From assembly GCA_016714975.1 (NCBI GenBank), contig JADKBR010000001.1, positions 635,074 to 699,073 on the forward strand: DNA of 64,000 nucleotides. Reading direction: 5' to 3'. The position numbers and the translations under genes are program-made. Of this stretch, positions 10,653-18,360 are shown piece by piece; positions within the stretch are counted from its first letter, which is position 1; the number at the start of each line of letters is the position of its first letter. Under the pieces are notes generated by a model. It saw only the letters and a program-made list of their open reading frames with translations, ran no database searches and had not been told where the DNA came from. Source of the stretch: Candidatus Dechloromonas phosphorivorans (GTDB lineage Bacteria > Pseudomonadota > Gammaproteobacteria > Burkholderiales > Rhodocyclaceae).

Positions 10653-12017
10653 CTAGAATCGGTAGGCGAGGCGCAGGCCACCCCAGTGGCGCCCCCAAGC
10701 CGTGATCGGCGCGCTGACTTCCTTCAGTATCACGAACTGGCCGCCGCCCATATCGCGGCGATAGGTCTGCAGCAGGAAGGGTTTCGTATTCTTCGCCGCC
10801 GCGATACCGGTTCGGTCTTTGAAGATACGACGGTTGCGGCAATTGGCGGTGTTCCAGACGGGATCACCGCCCTGCGGCTTGCTGTAGGCCCGGTTGTGCA
10901 TCGGGATGTAGCCGTTGCGGTCCACCGCGACACAGAACACCACACCCTCTAGCGCCGAGAGCATGCGTTCCTGCACCTCCGGAAAACAGCGCTCGGCGAG
11001 CGCGACATTCTTCAGCATGAACTGCTGCGGGTCGCTGCCAGCAATCGGCCGATAACGCTCGTCGAACAGGTCGTCCTCGGAAATGGCGCCATCCTCCAAC
11101 GACTGTTCGAGGATGGCACTAAGCTGGTTCGCCGCCTCCTGCGCAGCGGCGATATAGCGCGAATCGCCCGTCTCGACGCCGCAGCCGGCGAGGAGTTCCA
11201 TCAGGCCCTCGCCCACCCGCAGGAAAGTCTCGCTGCGATCACTCGCCAATTCCATCGACCGGGCCAGGCGTTGGGAACCATGTCCGACCTCGGCCACCGT
11301 TGCAGTCATGGCATGTGCGATCTCACCCGCGGCATGGGCCGCGCTTGTGATGTGACCAACGCCCGTCTCGATGTCAGCGAGCGCTTGCTGGAAGCTGCTC
11401 TTGGTCTCGTCCTCCCCGCGGATTTCGATCTCGAGGGCAAGCGCGGCGATACGGGCATCGAGCGCCTGCAACGTCTGTTTGATTTCCTTGGACGAAGCCT
11501 CGACGCGCGTCGCCAGATCGCGCACGGCGTCGGCGACTACCCCAAATCCCAAACCAGCCTCACCGGCGTGCTTCGCTTCCACCGCCGCGTTGAAGGCGAG
11601 AAGCCGCGTCTGCAGCGCTATCTGCGTGACGTCGTCCGCCAACTCACCGACGCGGTGCAGCGTCTCCTTCACTTTCGGAAATTCGTCACCGACGGCCGCG
11701 ACTGCCGAGCGTGCTGCGGAGACGCTGTCGAGGCTCTCGCGCGTGACCGACTCGATCGCCTGCTGTGACTCGTTGATGCGGCGCACCTCACCAGCAAGTG
11801 CTTGCATTGTTGCGATCTGGGCCTGCGCCGCCAGACCTGCATCGTCCAGAATGCCCCGAACTTCCGCCGCCTCAGCGCCAAGGTTGCTACTACTTCTCGA
11901 GATGGCCTCAATGTTCCGGCGCAGGAGCGCAACCTCCCCCCCGGCTTCACCCGAAGATACCGGGCGTTCCGCAGCGACGGACTTGTCTGAGCTTCCCCAC
12001 AACGACCAATTTTTCAT
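10653..12017 (-). CDS. Soluble methyl-accepting chemotaxis protein with C-terminal extra domain
   Basis: MCP hairpin IALQTRLLAFNAAVEAKHAGEAGLGFGVVADAVRDLA; no TM segment; about 170 aa C-terminal alpha/beta domain (VAVDRNGYIPMHN...HWGGLRLAY). Confidence 0.88.
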   Translation of the reverse strand: MKNWSLWGSSDKSVAAERPVSSGEAGGEVALLRRNIEAISRSSSNLGAEAAEVRGILDDAGLAAQAQIATMQALAGEVRRINESQQAIESVTRESLDSVSAARSAVAAVGDEFPKVKETLHRVGELADDVTQIALQTRLLAFNAAVEAKHAGEAGLGFGVVADAVRDLATRVEASSKEIKQTLQALDARIAALALEIEIRGEDETKSSFQQALADIETGVGHITSAAHAAGEIAHAMTATVAEVGHGSQRLARSMELASDRSETFLRVGEGLMELLAGCGVETGDSRYIAAAQEAANQLSAILEQSLEDGAISEDDLFDERYRPIAGSDPQQFMLKNVALAERCFPEVQERMLSALEGVVFCVAVDRNGYIPMHNRAYSKPQGGDPVWNTANCRNRRIFKDRTGIAAAKNTKPFLLQTYRRDMGGGQFVILKEVSAPITAWGRHWGGLRLAYRF

Positions 12018-12158
12018 CGCCTTCTCCCTATCATCACAGTAATTTCGGTATTCGCCGGCCTAAAGTTAAGGGCCAAATCCCGATTCACAAGCAGTTGTCC
12101 GGCTAGGCAAACACTCGAACCATCGATCGATATGGCTGACGTGTCAACTCGAGCCTTC

Positions 12159-12192
12159 CGCGGTCAACCGGAAAAATCGGCCAAAACTGAAA
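12159..12192 (+). repeat. Dispersed CGGTCRACCGG / A-tract motif copy (intergenic)
   Basis: CGCGGTCAACCGGAAAAATCGGCCAAAACTGAAA; 30/34 identical to 27296-27329. Confidence 0.8.
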
Positions 12193-12508
12193 CACCGCAT
12201 GCTGAGCATACATCAGGTCGCACCCGGCACCCGAAATGTCCGTGCATCACTGCGGCTGCCATAGGTTGAGGTGATCGCGGTCAGGGTAGCTTTCCTTTTC
12301 CGTACCATCCTCGTCCAGCCTCCTCAAACTCGACCACCCCCACGATTTGACTCGCGCGAGCAAACGAATGCACTCGCCAACCAAAAGACGCAGCGATCTT
12401 TGCCAAGGCATCCAGAAAACTCCCATTGCCTGCAGTCATCAAAGCCCCTTTCAATCAGAACCGGCACACTTGGCCTAGTGACACAGTTCGCTCAGTAACG
12501 GGCCATGC

Positions 12509-15500
12509 TCACGCCTTCAACTGGCGCTTGTCGCTCTGCGCTTTCTTGCCCCCGGCATCGGCGCTCTTCCAATTTATCTTCGCCTTCGGGTAGCGCGCTT
12601 TCATCGCCCCGATATCCGCCGCGCACAGATCGCAGATCGGCCGGCCATTCACAGTCACATCCACCGACTCAACACGGTCTTTCCATTTCCCGGCATTTTG
12701 CCCATTGAACCATTCGATGAACTGGCGTTCCGCATGGGACACATTGTGACCTTTCTCCGGCGCGCTGGTATTCCAGGCAACGACCTGCAATTCATTCGAC
12801 TTGGCATCGGGCTTGAAGACCAGTCCTGCCGACGGCTGATTCCCCTTTTTCGCCGCCGTTCCGGGTGGCTGCTGGACTTGCGGCAGCAAAGCCGCCTCGC
12901 CACTCCCGCCAATGACTTCCGCCCGTTCCTTGTCGAATTTGGCGAACCCAGCGCCCGCCAAGGCGACGAGAGCCGGTTCGCCGCTGACGGTGACCGTGGC
13001 TTCGACACTAACGGTAACGCGCTTACGCGCCAATATCCTTATCTTTTTTGGCGGACTGGCTTCAGCAAAGACATCGCGATCGCCATCGGCGTTCTCTGGG
13101 CCGAGATAGACTCGCTTCAAGCCCTTTGCTTTAAGGTCGCCAGCCACCGCCGTAGCCGCTTTCTCAGTCTCCTCGACACTGGCCTCCCCTCCAAGCTTGC
13201 CGGCGAGTGCCGTACCGGCCTGATCCCGAACATCACCGGCACTGGCCTCGTTATCCTTCCCAAACACCTTGGCAAAGAGCTTCTTGGCCATGCCCACGAT
13301 CCAGCCGATCAGCGCATCGAGCGCCTTGTCGATCGGGGCGCGGACCTTGTTGATGACGCCCATGAGCTTGTCGGCGACCTTGCCCAGGCCGGCGAAGCCG
13401 GCCAGGAAGCTGATCGCCAGCGAGAGCAGTCCGGCCAGCACGCTTTCGACCCGCTTGGCCGCAGCGCCGATGTTGCCAGCGGCAATCTGGACGATGGAAT
13501 TGACGAAGGCACCGACCACGGCGGCGATCTTAGACAGCTTCTGGACAAAGACCATGACCGATTCGTAGATCGAAATAGCCGCCGAGATGAAGCCAGCGCC
13601 GGGGATGAACATGGCGAGGATCTTCGGCACGGCCTTGGTGGCCACCATGTCGACCACGAAGCTGGTAATGCCGCCGATCACCATGTCCTTCAGGTTGCCG
13701 AGCTGCTCCTTGATCTTGTCCCAGGCCGCGGCCGGGCCATCGCGGACCAGGGTAACCACGATGTCGAAACCGGTTTCCATCGCCTTGACAGCCGGTTCGC
13801 CCACGACCTTGACCAGCTTGCCGCGCACATTGGCCCATGAGATGCCGAGCACCGAGAGCACGAACTTGACGATTTCCTTCAGATCGAAACCGGCCGGGAT
13901 ATAGACGCCGGGCAGGGCGCCGGTCAGCCATTCGATCAGGCCGGCTTTCAGATGCTTGCCGAAATTGCCGGCGAACTGGGTGAACCCGGCCTTGCCGGCA
14001 GCAATCAGGTTGCCGGCGAAGGGCATGGGATTGCGCAGGATGCTTTTCAGCGCGGCGCCGGTGCGCTTGATGTAACCCATCAAGCCCGGCTTGACCGAAT
14101 CCAGAATGATTTCCAGCAGGTCAAACGCCGCCTTGGCCGCCCAACTGACAAAGCGCCCGGCGAAGCCGGCGAAGACCTTGCCGAGCTTGATGAAGGCTTT
14201 CGGGATGAGCAGGATGTCGGCGATGGTCAGCGACTTCAGCGCATCGATGAACAGGGTCGGGATTTCCTTGACGAAATCAACCAACGTCTTGGCCGCGCCC
14301 TTGAACCAGGCGAACGCTTTCTCGACGGCGTTGGCCTTCTTCATGTTGGCCCAAATTTCGTTCTCGCCGACAAAGATCAGAAAGCCGCCAAGATAGGCCT
14401 CGGCATCCTGCGGCGCCTTGTCGCCGGTAATCGGGTCCTTGCCGAGCACCGTGCACAGCAGTGGGTAACCTGTGGTCGTCCGGGCATGGGCGCCGATCGG
14501 CTTGAGGATGGCGTCCTTAATGAATTCCAGGATGTCGCCGGCGAAGCCGCCGACGAAATCGATCACCCCGCCGATGATGCCGAGCAGCAGCGCCTTGCCG
14601 CGATCCCAGACGCCGCCCGGGTTTTTCATGTCGGTCAGCTTGATGCCGGTGATGAAGTCGCTGACCGAAGTCTTGATCTCGCTGGCCAGATTCTTCAGCG
14701 CCGTGAATTTGCCGCTGATCCACTTGCCGGCCTTGTCGAAGATGCCGTGATTGTCGAGCGCCTTGGCAATGTCGCTGCCGCCAGGCATGACCTTGGTTGC
14801 CTGGCGCAGGAGGTTAGCCGGGCTGTCGTCCACCTTGGCGTCGGTAATCGGGTTCTTGCCGATGACCACGGTCATGAAATCGAAGCCGCGTATCGACGAA
14901 GCCTTGCCGGCGATGTAACTTTTCGGGTCGGGTAGCTCCGGCAGCCCGAGATCGCCCAGAAAACTTCGCTGGATGCTGGGTTGCTGGGTCGCCGCACCCT
15001 GCTGCAACGTATGGGTCAGCTCATGGGCGATCAGCTCGCGGCCTTCGCTGCTGTCCGGCCGGAACTGGCCGGAGCCAAAGAAAATCTGGTTGCCCACGGT
15101 AAAGGCGCGGGCCTGCATCTGCTGGCTAAGGTGCGCCGCCGTGTCGTCGGTGTGTATGCGCACGCCACCGAAACTGGCGCCGAAACGCGGCTCCATGAAT
15201 TTGCGCACCTCCGCACCCAGCGTCTGCCCGCCAGTCGGGATGCCGAGCGGCGCCGAAATCAAGGCCGGCCGTGCGGCCAGACCGGCTTTTGCCAACGGCG
15301 CCCGACTGAGCGCCCCGGCCGGCAACATGGCACGGGCCGAAACGCCTGCCGGTGCCGGCATATGGACGACATTGCTCGCCACCCGACAGGCCTCGACCTC
15401 GGCGGCATCTCCCCGTGACGAAACCCGCAGGCTCTGGCACTGGACACGCGCCACGCCCGCCGCGCTCTGCGCCACCTTGAACGCTGCCGCCGGCACCGGC

Positions 15501-15535
15501 GGGGCCGGACGGTTGACCAGGCGGGCGGCCTGCAT
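12509..15535 (-). CDS. DUF4157 (eCIS core) domain polymorphic toxin with C-terminal putative nucleic-acid deaminase
   Basis: DUF4157: FMEPRFGASFGGVRIHTD...ARAFTVGNQIFF...LIAHELTHTLQQ; long Gly/Ala-rich helical middle region; C-terminal HAE...PICDLC zinc motif. Confidence 0.85.
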   Translation of the reverse strand: MQAARLVNRPAPPVPAAAFKVAQSAAGVARVQCQSLRVSSRGDAAEVEACRVASNVVHMPAPAGVSARAMLPAGALSRAPLAKAGLAARPALISAPLGIPTGGQTLGAEVRKFMEPRFGASFGGVRIHTDDTAAHLSQQMQARAFTVGNQIFFGSGQFRPDSSEGRELIAHELTHTLQQGAATQQPSIQRSFLGDLGLPELPDPKSYIAGKASSIRGFDFMTVVIGKNPITDAKVDDSPANLLRQATKVMPGGSDIAKALDNHGIFDKAGKWISGKFTALKNLASEIKTSVSDFITGIKLTDMKNPGGVWDRGKALLLGIIGGVIDFVGGFAGDILEFIKDAILKPIGAHARTTTGYPLLCTVLGKDPITGDKAPQDAEAYLGGFLIFVGENEIWANMKKANAVEKAFAWFKGAAKTLVDFVKEIPTLFIDALKSLTIADILLIPKAFIKLGKVFAGFAGRFVSWAAKAAFDLLEIILDSVKPGLMGYIKRTGAALKSILRNPMPFAGNLIAAGKAGFTQFAGNFGKHLKAGLIEWLTGALPGVYIPAGFDLKEIVKFVLSVLGISWANVRGKLVKVVGEPAVKAMETGFDIVVTLVRDGPAAAWDKIKEQLGNLKDMVIGGITSFVVDMVATKAVPKILAMFIPGAGFISAAISIYESVMVFVQKLSKIAAVVGAFVNSIVQIAAGNIGAAAKRVESVLAGLLSLAISFLAGFAGLGKVADKLMGVINKVRAPIDKALDALIGWIVGMAKKLFAKVFGKDNEASAGDVRDQAGTALAGKLGGEASVEETEKAATAVAGDLKAKGLKRVYLGPENADGDRDVFAEASPPKKIRILARKRVTVSVEATVTVSGEPALVALAGAGFAKFDKERAEVIGGSGEAALLPQVQQPPGTAAKKGNQPSAGLVFKPDAKSNELQVVAWNTSAPEKGHNVSHAERQFIEWFNGQNAGKWKDRVESVDVTVNGRPICDLCAADIGAMKARYPKAKINWKSADAGGKKAQSDKRQLKA

Positions 15536-15547
15536 CGCGTCGCCGGG

Positions 15548-16882
15548 CTAGAAGCCCCGGCCCTCCTTTTGCAACTCGCGACGCAAGCCGTCGTCGACAT
15601 CTTCGGCCCGCAGCTTGCGATCACCGCGGACCAGACTGCGCAGGGCGGCGTAACGGATGACATTCATGATCGTCCCGCCTGAGACATCGTAGCGTTCGGC
15701 CAGCGCCGCGAAATCCATCTCGCGATCCGCCTTGAGCGGCGCCGGCAGGGCTTCGGTCCACAGACGAAGACGTTCCGGCGCCTGCGGCATCGGGAAAACG
15801 ATGACCGCCTGGAAGCGGCGCAGAAAGGCCTCGTCGATATTGGCCCGCAGGTTGGACGACAAAATGACGACCCCTGAAAAATCCTCGATCCGCTGCAGCA
15901 GGTAGCTGACCTCCTGGTTAGCGTAGCGGTCGTGCGCACTATCGACGCGGGTGCGCTGACCGAACAGCGCGTCGGCCTCGTCGAAAAACAGGATCCAGCC
16001 CCGCCGCTCGGCAATGTCGAACACCCGGGCGAGATTTTTTTCGGTTTCGCCGATGTACTTTGACACGACCATCGACAGATCGATGCGATGCACTTCGCGC
16101 TGGCACAGCTTGCCGAGCAGGCAAGCGGACAAGGTCTTGCCGGTGCCCGGCGGGCCGTAAAACAAACAGGTGTAGCCGGGGCGCAGACGACTGAGCATGC
16201 CCCAAGTGTGGAGCAGTGTATGGCAGTGCGTCAGCCAGTCGCGAATTTCTTCCAGTTGGTCGAGTATGGGCTGGGGCAGCACCAGGTCCTTCCAGCCCAG
16301 CCCGGTGCTGACGCGTTGCACGGGCAAGGCCGCCCCCTCGGCCCCGGCATCGGCACCGAAAAGCGCGAGGACGGGCGCAGCCGGCCGCAGCGCGGCAGCG
16401 AGCAGTGTGTCTCCCTCCGGTGGCACCAGCGATTGCAGCACTTCACCCGCCGCAAAGGACTCGCCACCGAGCAGCGCAATCGCCTGCAGACGACCGGCAA
16501 GCTCATCGCCGGCCAGCAGGAAGCAGGCCGTTTCGCCGGTCGGCACGAACTGGCCGCCCCCGTGCACCCCGCCGAATTCGCTGAAACCGCGCTGCGTCGC
16601 CTCGTTGCGCGCCCACAAGGCGTCGAGCAGTTGCGGCCGAAGCACCGGCGCGAGGGCGAGCGCCAGCACCAGACGCTGCGCCGCATTTAGCTTGTGAGCG
16701 GTGACAAAGGTGGAAAAAGTCGATGCCCCTTCGGGGAGCGCCGGCGGCTTCATCTCGCCCGGGAGCGGCGGATTGGCCGGCGGATTGCCAAAATAGCTGT
16801 TCAGCCGGCGTTGCAGGACGGCCGCCAGCCAGTCCAGCTCGGCGTCCAGATGTCGGGCGAGGGCGTTCAGCTTCTTGTCCAT
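15548..16882 (-). CDS. eCIS AAA+ ATPase (Afp15/Pvc15-like)
   Basis: Walker A GPPGTGKT, IDLSMVVSKYIGETEKNL, Walker B LFFDEADALFG, DRYANQEVSYLLQRIE. Confidence 0.93.
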   Translation of the reverse strand: MDKKLNALARHLDAELDWLAAVLQRRLNSYFGNPPANPPLPGEMKPPALPEGASTFSTFVTAHKLNAAQRLVLALALAPVLRPQLLDALWARNEATQRGFSEFGGVHGGGQFVPTGETACFLLAGDELAGRLQAIALLGGESFAAGEVLQSLVPPEGDTLLAAALRPAAPVLALFGADAGAEGAALPVQRVSTGLGWKDLVLPQPILDQLEEIRDWLTHCHTLLHTWGMLSRLRPGYTCLFYGPPGTGKTLSACLLGKLCQREVHRIDLSMVVSKYIGETEKNLARVFDIAERRGWILFFDEADALFGQRTRVDSAHDRYANQEVSYLLQRIEDFSGVVILSSNLRANIDEAFLRRFQAVIVFPMPQAPERLRLWTEALPAPLKADREMDFAALAERYDVSGGTIMNVIRYAALRSLVRGDRKLRAEDVDDGLRRELQKEGRGF

Positions 16883-18345
16883 TCGATGTGCAGGTTCCGG
16901 TTCATCCAGGGCAATCGAGCAATCGAGATGCCCCAGGGCAGGCGGTCGAGCAGAATGTCGTAGGTTTCCGTCTGCGGCCGCAGCAACCAGCCGTCGGCTG
17001 CCGGATAGAGCAGGCCGCCGCGCTGCAGAAAGGCCAGGCGCAGGCCATCGGTGCTGGTCTTGCCAAGCGCCGGCCAGTGTTCAAGGACGGCGGCAAGCAG
17101 CGCCCCGCCCTCTTCCCGCTCGGCATCGCCAAGCAAACCTTTGGCAACCGGCAGGGCGTCATCCGGACGCAGGCCGAGCAGCAATTTGACAGTACCCAGT
17201 TCAAATTCGAGCGGCTCCTCGCGACCTGTCGCCAGCCAGTTAAGCAAGGCCGCCGCCCGTGGCAGGCTCGCCCACGGAAAGGGCTCGCCGGCCGGATGCC
17301 GCTCGGCCACCCAGCCGAGCGCAGCGAACAGGCGCGGCAGATAGGGGTGGAGCAGCACCAACCCAGCCGAGCGCAAGGGCAGGCCAGGGGCTTCATGACA
17401 GTCGACCGGAAAATCGGGCGAATTTTCAAAAGACTCGTCGGACTCCGGAGCGAGTGTAGCTCGCTCTTCGCGATTGGTTTTCGGCAGCTTTTCAGACTGC
17501 TGATCAGCGGCTACCGGAACCTGCTCGCCGACCCAAGCTTCAATTTTTTGCCAATTTTTCCGGTCGACCGTGGATAGTGGCCCGAGTAGCCCGGCTAGCG
17601 CCTGGACCAGCCCCTGCAACTCGGCACGACCTTGCGGCAACGACCCGGCGTCCGGAGGCAGCATCACCATCGCCAAAGCCTGCAAGCGCAAGGCGGGATC
17701 GGCCGGTCGCCCGAGATGCATCTGGCGCAAGGCCAGGATCAATGGCGAAAGTTCGTCGCCCAGCTGCGCTGCCTGCTGGACCGAAAAATCCCACCAGACG
17801 CGCCGCCCGTCGTCATCGAGCAATTGCAGCAGGCGGAAGAAGGCCGCGCTGCGCGCCGCTCCCTCCGCCGGCAAATCGGCCCGCAGCGCCGGCCAGATCG
17901 CGCTCGGCGCGCTACTCCATTGCCGCGCCTCCGCCGCCAGTTGTTCGCGCAGCAGGGCCGATTCACGGTCAGCATCGAACCATTCGAGCTGGCCGCTGAG
18001 CAGGTAATGGTGCAGCCGCGACGCCGGGGTCGGCTGCGCCTTGGCCGGCGTCGGCGCGCCGGGCTGGCCGGCCAGGGCCTCGCTCAGAGCCAGGCGGACG
18101 GCCTCGGCCAGACGCGCCGGAAGCTCATCGGCGAGATTTTCCAGCGACGAAATGCCGAGTTTGATCTCCAGAAGCGGCAGACGAATATCGCGCCCGGTAT
18201 CGCAGGCGGCAAAGGCCGCCTCAATCGCCGGCAGCAGGCTGGCTTCGTTCTCCCGGCGCAGCAGGGCGCGAACCGCAAAGGCGTCCGCCGCGCTGCCGGC
18301 CCTGACCTGCCAGCGTTGACGACGGATGCGATGGATCACGCTCAT
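16867..18345 (-). CDS. eCIS tape measure protein (Afp14/CIS_TMP-like)
   Basis: N-terminal HRIRRQRWQV; C-terminal AGLVLLHPYL...HWPALGKTSTDGLRLAFLQRGG...DILLDRLPWGISIARLPW; directly upstream of the ATPase. Confidence 0.85.
   Translation of the reverse strand: MSVIHRIRRQRWQVRAGSAADAFAVRALLRRENEASLLPAIEAAFAACDTGRDIRLPLLEIKLGISSLENLADELPARLAEAVRLALSEALAGQPGAPTPAKAQPTPASRLHHYLLSGQLEWFDADRESALLREQLAAEARQWSSAPSAIWPALRADLPAEGAARSAAFFRLLQLLDDDGRRVWWDFSVQQAAQLGDELSPLILALRQMHLGRPADPALRLQALAMVMLPPDAGSLPQGRAELQGLVQALAGLLGPLSTVDRKNWQKIEAWVGEQVPVAADQQSEKLPKTNREERATLAPESDESFENSPDFPVDCHEAPGLPLRSAGLVLLHPYLPRLFAALGWVAERHPAGEPFPWASLPRAAALLNWLATGREEPLEFELGTVKLLLGLRPDDALPVAKGLLGDAEREEGGALLAAVLEHWPALGKTSTDGLRLAFLQRGGLLYPAADGWLLRPQTETYDILLDRLPWGISIARLPWMNRNLHIEWTRS
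17398..17571. repeat. Inverted pair of the dispersed motif inside the tape-measure gene
   Basis: ACAGTCGACCGGAAAATCGGGCGAATTTTC (+, 17398) and ACGGTCGACCGGAAAAATTGGCAAAAAATTGAA (-, 17571 to 17539). Confidence 0.7.
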
Positions 18346-18360
18346 GATTGCCTCAGGTGA

